NCBI RefSeq assembly: GCF_964204645.1
Contig: NC_134030.1
Coordinates: 7,482,778-7,546,777, forward strand
Direction of reading: 5' to 3'
Length of the DNA stretch: 64,000 bases
Source of the DNA: Tubulanus polymorphus
Taxonomy: Eukaryota; Animalia; Nemertea
Shown here: positions 33,789 through 47,600 of the stretch, piece after piece
Numbering within the stretch: position 1 is the stretch's first letter
How the letters are laid out: each line of letters opens with the position of its first letter
The notes under the pieces: model-generated
The model's database searches: none
What the model saw: the letters and a program-made list of their open reading frames with translations, nothing else
Told to the model about the DNA's origin: nothing
Program-made: the position numbers and the translations under genes

Positions 33789-36700
33789 ATGTTGTGCAGG
33801 TTTCTTACGATTCTGATGTTGATGTATTCCGCGTCAGAAATAGGTAAGTAATCATAAGTCGTAGCTTTCCGCTGCCTATTTTTGATTGCATTCAAAAATG
33901 AGTAAACCGCACCCAACCATTTATGATATGAATTTATAGATGCAGCTCAGCAACAATCTGCCATTACTAAAGAAATAGAGCAGGAAACGAGACGTGCTGG
34001 TGATGATGGACAACTCGAATGTACCGTCACTAATCCAGAACAATATCCCGTAAGTCATATTCATAATTCAGTCTGGAGACTAGAAGAAAGCTAGGTTGTC
34101 GAACAACAATAAACTTCAAACAATCACTAATCAGGGCCCAGTTTACAAAATAGTTGAACTCAAATTTGTTGTAATTGCCGTTGATTACTTCATATATTCT
34201 TCGATCAGGACAACAATTCAAACTTAACCGTTTTAGCCGCTTAACCTTTTTCATGAAACTGGGCCCAGAGCTTCAACAGAAGAGAACACTCAGGAATCTC
34301 TTCCCCCGAACAGATGTTAGATCAATCAAATCTGCTCCGGTCCGACACGACACACCCCTGCGACACTTGAGTACGCACTTACGTGAATTTTTGATATCGT
34401 CGGAAATCCAGACGCGGTGCCGGCCCCAGTTGCGGCCTCACTGCATTGTTCTATAGACCAATAAGAGTGTTGCGTTATGACATGTTTGGGCTATTGTGAC
34501 AATCCTCTCGTTGCAGATTATTTAGTATGAGCAGCACTTTCAAAATTCTCTTCAGCTCAATACATTAGGCAAATTCTTATTACTCTTATCCTCAATAAAA
34601 TACTGACAAACTCGAAGAATTGTACTGACAACATCTTTCTGAGGTTGGCAGCTCTGCTTATTTCAATACGGTGACTTTTCTCCATGGTGGAATCCACGTT
34701 GAACAAGGATGGCCACTAACCTCTGAAAATCGTAGAAAGTCTGAGCAATTTCTTCGCTTTAAGAAAGTCAGGGAACTAGATCGCGCGTAAAATCAAACAT
34801 TCAAATTTATTTTCTATAACCTCAATTGTTGCATTATGTACGATAAGTCAGTTTTGCTCCTTTGTTCCATTATTTGCCACGATTATATCGAGTTTATTGA
34901 GTTAAACTAATAATCATTTTCAGTTATTTTACACAAAATTTAATGCCTCTTGTCCTTTCCTATCAGGTAATTAAGTTCGACTGCAATTTTGTTTGTTTAT
35001 CCAAAGTGACCGCTGAAGTCCTGTCTCCTTCGGCCATAAGGTCAATAATACAGTTTTCTTCAAAAATTTACAGGTTTTCTGGATTCACATGGCGAACAGC
35101 GGGCCGAAATACATAAGCGCAGACACGACAATAACGTTGGCGAACTTCGACGTCGGGAACGGTCAATTGAAGTACGAAGTTCGCACGCAGAGAGTCGATT
35201 CGAATACTCTATATCGTCTAATCATCAGGGCTCTGAAAGAGGAAGATGCCGGCAAGTACCGCTGTCAAATCGGAGTCCCCGGCACTGATCAACCGTATAA
35301 AGACGGTATACTCGTAGTTCAAAGTAAGTTCAGAACAAATGACTGAAAAATCATCTAAAAGGGTGAGCGGCCACTCTATACGAATTCATCATTCTCCCCC
35401 AGCAGGGATTTGAACCTGATTCGATCGCTAAACTCGGCCGCGGCACGAAACCCTGTCGCACTAGACCGAGAGCGCAGGTTTGCCGCACGAAAACTTGCAG
35501 CGACAATCAGATTGACGGTTGTATATAATCGCTGAGGCAAATTTCTTGGATAAACTATAGCTGGTAAAACCTGGGCTAAAATAAAACAGGATTTCTGATG
35601 GGCTAATAATGACATCATCTAACATGCGCATGTAGCTGTGCACTCGGGCTAGTTAAGCAGGGTTTCTGACCGTGGCGAGTCTCGATGCGTGCCATCAGGA
35701 TGCAAATTCATGGGAATCAGATTTAAGTCGGAGAAATAGATAAACTATGTAGTATTCAGCTAACGAAACAATAGAAAGAAAACTACTGTAATATTCAAAT
35801 CTTCGTTTTGATTAGATTTTATTTCATGACATTTCGATCAATTTTCTGAGTACTAAAGATAAAGGACAAATGATCAAAATGTTGTGAATAAAAGCTAAAT
35901 CGTGATGAAGATTTTGATACGTGTACCGCTATTTGCATTCCTATCGTTTGAAATAGATTTGCAATGATTAAAAACTTAATTCATCCTTCAACACAGTATA
36001 AATGGATATAAAAATGATGGTTTATTCAGACTGCAGTTTCGCGGGGCGTAATGTGTTCAAAAGATTAAAGAGAAATATCCCAAAATGATTTATCCTGGAC
36101 TCTAATGAATACACTTTAGTTCTTAATTAGACATTCCACTGTGAAAGGAATGGTAAGCGTTACGTGTCAAATGTAATCTCTACCCTGCTGACATTGGATA
36201 TCATTATTCCTTTCAGGGTCGCCGAAGATCGACGAGTCTCGCACGTCGAAAGGACCGGTTTATGTGAGAGAAGGCGAGGACTATAATCTGACCTGCGTAG
36301 CTGAGGGAACGCCTCAACCGAGAATCACGTGGACTCGTGTTAAAGGAACTGCACTTCCAAATGGTCTTTTCAAAGTTAAGGTAAATGGATGGTCATTTTA
36401 TTGATTGTAGCTTTAGAAGACAGAGCTGCATGCCGTTCCTGATTTTCACAGTCAACCCCCGATATACCGCCCACATCGGTGCAGAATGATTTGGGCGGTA
36501 TAGAGAGTATGGCGGTATATCGGGGGTGTTTTACTATGTATTTATATATCTGCCAACAGGGGCTGTTGGCAGACCTGCGAAGAGCATGTCCTTATTTGTA
36601 GCAATTTTTTTTTACTTCGTCGTATGTCGAAGAAGTCTTCTTAATGGTTCTGGAGACCTGTCTGGAATGAACTCGCTCACAAAATGCTGTGCATGTTAAC

Positions 36701-37936
36701 TCGTCTTTTGTGCAATACACTTTAATTACGCAATTAGCGCCATTTAAAACTTTACCAAACAAAGATGAAACGGTGTGAAGATAATTTCGTGAAACGCTCC
36801 AATTATGCATTAGCTACGTTGACCCTCAACCTGCCCAGCGAGGCGGGACTTGTTCCTTTTCCCAAACTGTCTGGAACTTCCGATTTTCTCGACGAAGTCT
36901 CAAGGTTCATGGACCTCTTGTTGTTTTTTTTTTCACGAAATTTATGTAAGAATCTATTTACCTATTTTCAGGGTAATGTTTTTGCGCTGACTAATATAAC
37001 ATTTGATCACCGTGGAGTCTACCGGTGTAACGCCGATAATGATGTACGACCACCGGCGCAACAAGATATCGAAGTAAAAGTCTACTTCCATCCGAGGCCT
37101 TACCCGTTCAGAACCAGCGTCGGACAGATGCCTGATAAAAACTATAAGGCTGAATTGGATTGTCTGGTCGAAGGTAGGTTCATAAATCTCGACTTCAGGA
37201 TTCCTACTACTCCTTGATTACAAATCTAAATTGAAGAATTGTTTCCAAGCACCTTGAACCACCTCTAATTTTGAGAAATCGCTCTAAAACTCCTTGAATT
37301 TTGTGAAATCGCTCTCATTTTGTATTGATATTCGTTATATAGGATTCCCCGAACCGGAAATCCAGTGGGCGTACCTCGAGAACGACTTCCGAAAGATGAT
37401 TACGAAAGATTCGAAACACGATATTTTCGAAACGAAAGCGAAAGGTCCATCGAAAATGAAGGACGGCGACATCTGGTCGACTTTGGTGATACGTAATGTC
37501 CAGTCCGGCGATTATGGTACCTACATATGTCAAGCAAAATCGAATCTGGGGACTTATGAAACACGTATTAAACTCTACTGTAAGTACTTCATACTAAAAC
37601 TATCCATTTGTCAAGCTCATTTGTCAGTTCCTTCATTGGTCTCATATAACACCGCCCAAGATTTTTTAGGTGAATGGGTTGCCACCAGTTTCTTCATTAA
37701 GCTAATCAGATGCGCTGTTTCACCGGCAGATTCACTAAAACAACGCATCTGATTGGCTAGGTACGTAAACATATGTATGTATATGGTTGATGGTATATTT
37801 TTCAGATACTCCGACCTGTCAAGGAGCGTTGTGTCCGATGGAAACTGTTGGTTTATCGAGCAGCGGCCAGACAACAATTTCTATTCTCATGTTGCTCGCC
37901 TCAATCGTTTCCAGCCTGCGTTTCATGTCCGTTTAG
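33789..37936 (+). CDS. Lac: Lachesin-like GPI-anchored cell-adhesion protein, three Ig domains, 382 aa
   Basis: Seven phase-compatible GT-AG exons: 33789-33843, 33940-34049, 35074-35323, 36217-36380, 36972-37173, 37343-37579, 37806-37936 (1149 nt). Signal peptide MLCRFLTILMLMYSASEI; Ig motifs LECTV..YPVFW, DAGKYRCQI, LTCVAEGTPQPRITW, RGVYRCNADN, DYGTYICQAKSNLG; C-terminal TPTCQGALCP as in Lachesin; hydrophobic GPI-type tail. Confidence 0.88.
35385..35710. mobile_element. Two SINE-like fragments (one -, one +) in a Lachesin intron
   Basis: Homology to 16830-16975 (GGGCTAAAATAAA.CAGGATT; CACTCGG.CTAGT; GTTCAAATCCCTGC). Confidence 0.6.
35790..35920. repeat. Decayed Penelope-derived palindrome
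   Basis: Imperfect inverted repeat around a centre with remnants of the GATCGAAACGT..AATAAA hammerhead and polyA module. Confidence 0.4.
36449..36540. mobile_element. Short Tigger-like MITE
   Basis: CAGTCAACCCCCGATATACCGCC ... GGCGGTATATCGGGGGTGTTTTACT. Confidence 0.6.
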
Positions 37937-38290
37937 AACCCGGCAGTCTAGTATTCTCTAGTTTTTGTACACTCACGAATGAAACATTGTCACCGGTTTT
38001 GTTTTGTTGGAATGATGAAAGTATTGTATTTATTCATTCCCAATGGATCATAGGGGATCTGTGGGTAGGCCAGATACACAGTCGTGGAAAACTCTCTGAA
38101 TTCCAGTAAAAAAGAGTATGGCATGTGTGAAGATTTTTTCATGAAACAATCCAAACATTGTACCTGAGCTTTAGGCCAGTACGTTCACTGGTAAGAGTTG
38201 GGTAATACCAAAAATTCATTTAGACTAATAAGTCTTTATGAATTTTTGGTAATACTAATATCGTAAGAGAACGGATACCTTTTTGTCAAT

Positions 38291-38611
38291 AGTCGCATTC
38301 ACACTACATAACTACATTCTAAATTTACTAGTCTGTTCCAATTTAGAAGCATTCACATGGGTGAAAAGTCCATTCTAAATTAGTCTGTTCCATTTTATAT
38401 TGGACTGATTTAGACCGACCAAAAGGACCAATCTATGTCTGTTCAAAATATTAGAATGGCCTTCTCTCTGTTTGAATAGTTTGAATTGCCTGTCAATCAC
38501 AGTGATGTATCTTGCTGGACCAATTATAACGGATGATTTAAAAACTGTGAAGACATTGGTCCTTTTTCAGGTATGGGCCGAATTAGAGCAGACAATAGTG
38601 TGAATGAGGCT
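38291..38611. mobile_element. MITE in the probable Lachesin 3' UTR
   Basis: AGTCGCATTCACACTA ... TAGTGTGAATGAGGCT imperfect TIRs. Confidence 0.55.
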
Positions 38612-41600
38612 ATTAAATGATGATCGTGGCACTCCCGTCAAGTATGACTAACAACCGTCTGTGCAACTGGCCCATCACAATTTTCAATCATTACCGAAAT
38701 CAGGTCTATCAATTAATGATCATTGTGATGATCTCATATATTATTGTGAATATAGTCTGTATATACATATACCTTAATTGCAAGGTCTATTGATTATTAT
38801 AGATTTACACACTGATTTTTGTATTTTACAAATGATAGAAAATTGATACTTTACGTATATTTTAGAAATTACATTCCAATCGGGTAAAATGTCTACGATT
38901 ACATCAAAATTATTTTATTTGTTTGTATAGTTATTTCATCGTGTAGTTTTTGAAAGAAAAATTTGAACATTCCTGTCAATTTTTAGAACAATGTCCATGC
39001 ATCTGTCCGTCCTTGGCAGCTTGTATCATATAGTTTCTTCTGCATCGGTTTTCGCAGATACCAGAATGTGATGAAGCTTTATTTATAAGCCATATTATTA
39101 GATTTTCCTTGTAAATTAAATTTGGGTGTTACTATTATCTGGCAATACGGAAAACATTGAGTCTTGCTCGTCACTTTTCTGTAAATTTATAAATTGAAGA
39201 TTAGGAATTGTGTTTTACAGCGTATTTTAAGTTCATCATAACTCATAATTTTTCAAGCCAATGACCAGACTAAGACAATCGTTTTGTACTCGTAACTTGT
39301 TTCTGTAAGTGAGTTTTGAAGTTCCATCAATCTAATCATCAGATAAGAACATATTCGGTGAGAAAATTCTTCTCCAATATAATAGGCCCAAGATTACAAC
39401 GCGTACTGCCCCTATTTTTCTGCATACCTTTTAATCTATACTGGTCAGTTTAGAATGCCATAGAATGCCATTTTCAAGCTTTAAATGTTTTAATTAAATT
39501 CTATATAACAACTGAATGTGTGGCTATTCATTTTATAATGTATGTTAAATGCAGTTGGGATATTTACGTATTTATTTCGCATATTTTACTTTGTATAGAC
39601 TACTTGCATTCCATTATGTTTTACGGTGAGCATTTTATTCCTATAATCCCTCCGTATGATTTTTCAAAAGGATCCTCTCCGATTGTGAGGGAAATCCAGT
39701 ATAAGATATACCTTCATTCTTTTACGTATCGAAATCTGTCCAATGATGATATCTTGTATTTTATACGAATAAATTATTTAATAAAAATAAAGCTATTATA
39801 ACAAATATGTATACGTCGTGGTGTTTTTGGTTCGAAGTTGTATAGTGTTTATACAACTTTCAATGATATTTGCATTTTCATGGTCTACTTTCTTTAAGCA
39901 AGTTTACGAAGTAATACCTTTAGTATGATGAAGCTAAGCCCTGATTTGTGCTTTCTTTTCACAAAAATATCAAAATGTGCTGATAAGTGCTACTGATGAT
40001 TAACAAGTTATCTAAAAATAAGTTGATTGAAGTACACAAGTGAGTGTAGTTACTGTATTGATCAAGGCAATTAACAAAAGTGAAATTTATTGGTCAGTTA
40101 AAATCCCGGGAACGTGCAAACAACAGTGTTAGTAGAATATTGACTAAAAGTGGTCTCAAAGATCTGTAATAAGATCTTGTGAATAATATTTGATATGTTT
40201 TAATTCTACCTGTGGCATGTGAGTCTGCCGCTTTACCTGATGCTAATACATTCGCCGAAAAGATAGTTCTATTAAAAGTAGCTTGGAAATAGATTATAAA
40301 AGCAAATTTCCCTTAAACAAAACTTTGAAGTTGAACAAATTATGCATTTTAATCTAACTAGTGTCGAGTAATGAATGAAATCTGCCTTAGAAAAAATAGC
40401 TATATTCCTCACATGCCACAGTAGAACAATGCGGCTGTGCTAGATCGATTACGATTACGATTACGATTTATTTACACTCCAACCATTTACATGGTATATG
40501 GAGGAAAACTATTACACATGTATATACAAATATTTACAAAACAACACTAAAGTGATTAAAATTTAGAGAATGAAAACGTAACGAAATATATATATACATC
40601 AACTATTTACAATACTATATATACTATTGGAGGGATCTTAACTCTTTAGTGCTGCCCCTATATATAACGATAGCGGAATTTCTGTGAACTAAAATAGCAG
40701 CTCGTATTTTCCACCGGAATCCAATCTAATAATTGAATGATATCGCCATATTCTTTTAGCTAAATATATTCTACTTCATAACCACAATGTAACTGTTAAT
40801 GGGGTCACGAAGCCGGACAATGGAATGGTAAAAAGGCACAAACCTGGGAAAATGATTCCCCGGCCGCGTTTGATAAGAAAAAACACGCCGGGTCAATATC
40901 TCTGGGTCTCAAAAATAACGACTATCAGATTTTCTGTAATCCTTCAGTAATCGACCTTAAATCATCACTTGAAAAAGAGCGGCCCCTGGTTAACGGTTAC
41001 CTGGTATTGAGTTCCCTCCTCGCATGGTGACATAAGAAGTACAAATATCTTCCCACTTTATCTATTGCAAAGTGATCTTGAATATTTGGCACATTAAATT
41101 CCACCCCTTTCAAATTTGCATCATGCTCAGAATCGGACCAAGCATTTGGCCATGGCAAGCATAGATGTAGTATTATTTTCTAGGCCCTCTAAAGGCTACT
41201 CGGTCCAGTTGCATTTTGGAGTAGGCCTAACAATTATCGACTGAATGATGTCCTCATTAGTTGTAAATGAATAGATACATCAATAGATTATTGATGGCAG
41301 TAAATTATAACGAAATACTGAAAACGCTGCCATTGCACCACAGATTTTCGCATTTGCCCCACATCTTCCATTACCTTCTGCTGTAGTTAGACACGTCACT
41401 CAGAAATGATTTTAATTGCAGCCCGGGTATAGAAATGATTTTAATTGCAGATAAAATCTCCCTTTTTGAAAAATCTTTGATTTCGGAGATGGAAAAATTC
41501 ATTTTAACTGCAGATTTTACGATGTCAAGTCATTTTTGCCGAAACGAATTAGGGCTATCCATTAGATCGTTTGGAATTCAGACTATAGTAGGAGCCACTG

Positions 41601-41688
41601 CTGTCAAATAGAAATAACTGAAAGCGCGTTATAACAGTACCAGTAGACACAGTTCTCGGTATGGAGCCATGGTGAACCCAGTAAAACC

Positions 41689-44600
41689 ATGCTATTACGC
41701 CGTGATCAATGGATTGGATTTATAATTCTGTTGATCTCGTGTACGATCGGTAAGTAGATTAAGTAACTGAAAACACGATAAATGTACATTATCAGAAAAA
41801 ATAGCGGTAGAAATCTAACACAAGGAATTATACACTGGCAATTTTTTCTCTGAAAAGAATACTTCAATATTTTTTTGGTAGTATACGACATTTTTTGCAT
41901 CAACCATGAAAACAATTTTCATATAAAAAAAGGTCTCTTCGATCGAAAATTACCTTAATTAACACGCGGAATCATTCATATGAAAAGCTATCGTTGTTAT
42001 TCATAGTATTGCAGAATAAGACATGGAAGAACTTTAACGAATATTCATCAGATTTTTCACGCATGCTTTTAGTAATTGATACAATTATACAGATAAAGTA
42101 ATCGCACTTCTAGCAGCCGACATTTGATGCTGTGTTTAGTGGTGGTCGCTGGAATTTATTCAATCAATTGAAGTGTTTATACCCATTTGTCAAGAAAAAT
42201 CTCGCTTATTAGTTGACTTGTATATGTATAACGTTTGGTGGTTTGACTGTTTGTTCAAAAACATGTAAACACGTCCGGAGGAATGTTGTACGATTGAGCA
42301 CACGAAAAAACAAATGACTGCGGATGATTTTTCCGAACCATCCGACCAAAAATGATGGCACATTATTCCCACGCGCGGAATGTTCCCTTTAGATTTTTCG
42401 AAAGCCTTTAGGAATTTTTGTAGCAGCCAAATTTGTGATTATTACCCCGGGTAAAGATCCCCTTGTTTCTACTACGATGTTCAACCGAATACTGACTGTA
42501 TGTTTCACATCCTGACATTTTCGATTGAGAAAAAAAGACTTTTGGTTTGTTACGTACGTCCAATGTATACACTTCCATTGCGTGCAATCGTTGCGTGGGG
42601 ATACAAGCTCTGTTCTCAAGAACAATTCAGTTGTTTCAATAATTACCGGTATCCGAAATATCTTATTGATGTTACGGACGCCGTGTACGTATCTCTCCAG
42701 ACAGAAAGAGAGGCATAGAAAGAAAAAAGAGACGAAAAACAACCTTGTTGTTTATCTGGCAAATAGTTCCTAAGTATATTTCTCACATCCCAACGATGAG
42801 CTGTGTACAAACGAACATTACTGAGTTTATCCGATGTTATTAATAAAACCTCGGCTACAAGAGTGTCTATAGTTCAAGGAATTGCCGGGGCAGTGGGTTA
42901 TTTGATTTATGCTTTTCATAATTGAATTTTTCAGATTCTATAAATTTCTGGCTAACGCGCGTGTTTTGCGTAACAACTCAGCCGTAGTCGTCTGCACTAA
43001 AACACGTGGCGGTTGTTATCCGGGAAACGAAGCGATCGTCGAAATCTTCTCCACATAAAGCCAACATTAACCATAAGCCTTCGATTTTGTGAGCAGGACA
43101 CCAAAATATAAGAAAAAATAGAAACTTTAATGTGCCTTGAATAAGAAGTAAGGTCCTGTGTCAATGTCTGGATGCCTGAATGATACGATACAGTGAATTT
43201 TGCTATATATTTCGGAGAATTTCGAATGGACCAACCTTACTCCGGCATCAGTTTCGAATAAGAATTCCAACGTAAATCACTCCATCCAATTAACATAACA
43301 AAATAACGTATACGGCGATATTGAATATACATATATTATGCCTCGGGGTATAGGTAATAAAGTGAACTCTCTCTCTCGACTTGGGGACAATTTTCGCCAA
43401 TTGAGAGTAACAAGTAATAATTCATAGGTTGTAAATTATCCGGCTTATTATCTATAGACCTCATTTCCCACCCAGTCATCAGGGCTGCGCTGTTACACCG
43501 CAAACTACACGACTCGTAATAATCGGCCGTCAATTTTAGTGACAAGCATTGGCGGAAATTATGCCTCCAAATTTTTGCGCTTTGAATACGCAGTTTTCTC
43601 GTGTATCTTCAGTTCCGGGGTTAGTTCGGTGAAGTATTCGAATGCTACACATTAGTTAGCTATATAAATATCGATCATCTGTCATGAAGCAGGAAGACTT
43701 TATTTTGTTACTGAGAAATTATCAGTTATTTTGAAAACGCGGGAGGTCGGAGTATGGAATCTAACATATTTTACAAGAACCCATGGTGCACAGAAAATTG
43801 AGTATCTGATTATTTTGTGTCTGTTACGACAGATTGATGCAAATGACGCAAAGAAAAAATGGGTTTAGGTTAAAAAAAATTGATACATTGTTTCCATTTC
43901 CGCGGAGGTTAAAAGTTGACCCGGCCGGCCACCTAGGTATAAACCCTGTACATTTCTTTTTTTGAAATCATGATCAAGCTAACAGACCTGGAAGCTATAG
44001 AATTTCATTGGAGTTAACAAAATGACCCGACCGATTTGGAGAAACAAGATGTCGTTTTTTAGCCTTATGATATGATTTTGATATGATATGATATGATATG
44101 GTTTATTTTCATGTAAATTTTTTACAGAATTAATGAATAAACAAATATTAAAAATGAAATGATATTAAATGAAGAACTTCTTTGAAGCAACATTCTTACG
44201 CGTGGAGAGCTATAGACGAATTTCCTTAGTAACTCCCTCTTACGTATATAGCCATATGGATTATACTAATCGATTTAGATATATATATATATATATATAT
44301 ACGTGAAGACATACCTTGATTAGCGTTTACATACAGGGTACACATTATATACATACATACACAAATTATTACGATATTATAAACATTTATAATGGGTATA
44401 GCCCCGAGCTTAAATGAATAGACCAGACACAACATAGGGTCGTTAATAAAATATTTGGACAAAGTGCCTAATACAGTCTGTATATACATGTATCATATAT
44501 CGTCGTGTTTGCGTTACCAGATAACGTTGTTACTGCGCTAATTAGATGCGTTTTCGGTTTTCAGGTGCCACTTTTTCTAAAAATAGACAATGACAATAGA

Positions 44601-47600
44601 TTTTTTCAAATCGCTTGATGTATATATACAATTAAACTTGTTACAGCACTGCCGAGAAAACGGTTTGTGAATGTGGCATTTTGTGTAAGTGTAATCGAGA
44701 AATCGTTAAGAAAATCGTGTAATTACAAAGAATACTATTACTTATCGCGATTGAATGAGTAACACCCCAAAATAGATACATAAACAATTACACAAAATAA
44801 CGAATTTACACGGACTGAGAAAGAAAATGATCTTTAACGAAGTTTATATCGCCAAATTCAAAAGGACGATACACCCACTTAACGCGTGACAACCCGTCGA
44901 GTTTACAACGCGCTGCGTGACAGAACAAAAATGCATCCCGGGGCTATCTGAGCACGAAAAATATGTTAAGGGTTTCAGGAACAATGATTGACTCAGAGCG
45001 TAAAATCAAAGACAGTTATTTCGCAATTCAATGGGAACAAATACGAAGAACATACGGTATGCGCGTAGGAGACAATCAATATCCTTGAAGAAAGAATTTT
45101 ACAGATCCAAATTGACGATATTGAAAACTATCTCACTCGCGTCCATACGTGTATTAACGATTCAACTCTAAAATTCAAAAATTAAGATTTGAATTTCTTA
45201 TGCGTTGAGGCACAAAATCGTGCGCTACATTTCATATTAGTTTCTGGCGATAATCAACTGATCGTCAGATCTACATCCCAACGCACACATAGTGTAACGC
45301 GGAAACTCAGAAACACGGAAACAAACATGTTTGATCTCGAAAACGTTGTTCCCGAAACCATGTTTCTCGTTTCTCGTAAACGCATCCGACACAGGGAAAC
45401 GCTAGGAAACGTATATTCATATCTCCTGTTTTCCTGTTTCCTCCTGCATCTGCGTTTGTTGATCATTCATAATTCATTTCATTTCAAAAAATGAAAAAAT
45501 ACGAAACCTGAAATTTACTCCGGCAAGGTTCGATCTCGAGTCGGCCAATTAGTGAATGCAAGGGAAATAGGGAAATACTACATGGGAGCATGGAGCAATT
45601 AGTCAGAATGATTTCCCATTGTGGAAGTCACTTCAATGGCTTGTCATTTTTTCAGTTGGAGAAAGAATTCGCCGCATAATTAGTATAATATATATTTATA
45701 ATCGATAATATGTACGTTTGTTTTTTTTTTAGGGTTATGCAACGACGACGCTAATGGAGGCAAATTCCACGGAGCGTATCAAACGTTATGCAGGGTATGC
45801 AGAAATGCGAAATCGTTCGAAGACTGCGAAAAAACAGGCTCTTATATAACCTGTCCCGAAAATAAGGTAAATAGTTTGTAGAGAGTTTTTTTTGTAGATA
45901 ATTTCAGTAAACTATTGCTTAAAAGATTTAGATATCGTTGTATGTCATATCTAGATTTTGGTAACGTGCCATATCAAAGATGTAGTGTTAGATACGAAGG
46001 ACGGGTGGCGCCTAATGTTAGCGTTACTTAGATCCCCAGTTCATGAGATAAAAAAAAGGTGAAAAAATATCAACAAAACCAGGGAGGCAGGTGGGGAGTC
46101 GGCCCTCCCCAAAAATTTTGGAAAACGTAATAAATTGTGGTCTTTTTGCAAATTTTATTGTTATATAAAATAGAGCTGCCTTTTTCGGCGTACTCTGTCT
46201 CCCACAACCCCCAAAAACTACAATTTCTATGTACGGCCCTGAAAATGAAAAACCCCGCGGAACTGAGTGCGTTCAAACACACTGGCGTCTGTGATGCTCC
46301 TCGTTTTATCTCCGGATATTTTGTTGGGAGATTTTCTACTGACCGGCGCCTCTGGTTCGCTCACACAGAAATTGATGTCCCCCGTGTCGACCTTGGCGAC
46401 TGATTACTCTAGGCGACGGTAGACACGAAGCAGGTGCTTTTATGATGGCGTAAGACAAATTACAAGCTCGCCATATTTCCGGACAGAACAGAGTGCTTAC
46501 ATAAACAAATGCACGTTTTTCATTCTCAGACGACATGTATGACTGATATACACGTTAAGGCAAGCGGCAAATTTATCATCAACAGAAGATGTGTTCGTAA
46601 AAAGGTTCGTTCAGTTGCATTAAATCAGACCGAGTGTATTCTTTTTTCACAAAACTAGGCGGTAATTTGAAATTGTTGAGATATTTTCCCCGTATCGCAT
46701 AAGTTGAATGATCGCTCCCCAAAAAGCAGACGTCCGCGGATTGAGCCGCGTATGGTCTACAAAAATTCGACATCATTAGAAATCTCCCATGTATTTTTAC
46801 ATGTAGTACAAAATAATGTCATACACAAAATAAACTTCATTACGATCTGCGCGGACGACTATTCAGTTCTCCATCTCCATTGGCGACTAAATTATAAACG
46901 AGACCCGCGGGATTACTTATCCACGGATTCGCACGCACGCAGACGCACAATATAGATAGTCGTCACAGTGAAAAAATACATCATGCACAAAATGAATGTA
47001 GCGCTGTTATAGATGATCCATATCAGAGCTATAAAAGTTATCGCAAAATGGGCAAAAATGCAAATCTATATGGCATCAAAACTCCACTAAAGCAGCGTTA
47101 GTGGCTGTCTATAAAAGACGTTCAAATAAAATTGCATAATGTTGACCCCCTCTCCCATGTCCACAGAATTTCACTAAACCCCTGCCTCTGTCCATAGGAC
47201 AAAACGCAATTAAAGACATCGGATATCAAGTCATGTAAACTATTCATGTGAACTATTTCTCCCCTAATTCGAGGTTGCAGTCATCATCCATGTAATGCAG
47301 GAAGAAGAAAGATGTCCACAATCAAACAACCCCGCTCCTCCTTGTCCACAAAAGTCAAAAGTTCACAAGCCCCCTCAGCCTATTTCATGGGCATCCCCTT
47401 AAACCCTAATTAATTTCGATTCGTTGAAACTTAAGTGGAATTGAGCTCCAGATGACCATACGAGCCTTTTCATGATTGTTATGCTATGCTGCAATACTGT
47501 TAAAGTCTGTTCACAGTGTTAGTTTACAAACTATTCGTTGTACTTTTCTGTTGCAGTATTGCCACAGGAAACGTAAAACTAGTGACACGGAATGTTCCAG

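Noticed and set aside
40445-40475. (ATTACG)n next to TTTATT, and (GATAT)n near 44070-44105, as LINE 3' tails
   Set aside because: Plausible, but no adjacent RT coding sequence was recognisable, so they were not annotated.
41000-41190. DIRS/Ngaro RT fragment on the minus strand (KIILHLCLPWPN...)
   Set aside because: Resemblance is limited to one weak motif with no supporting downstream motifs.
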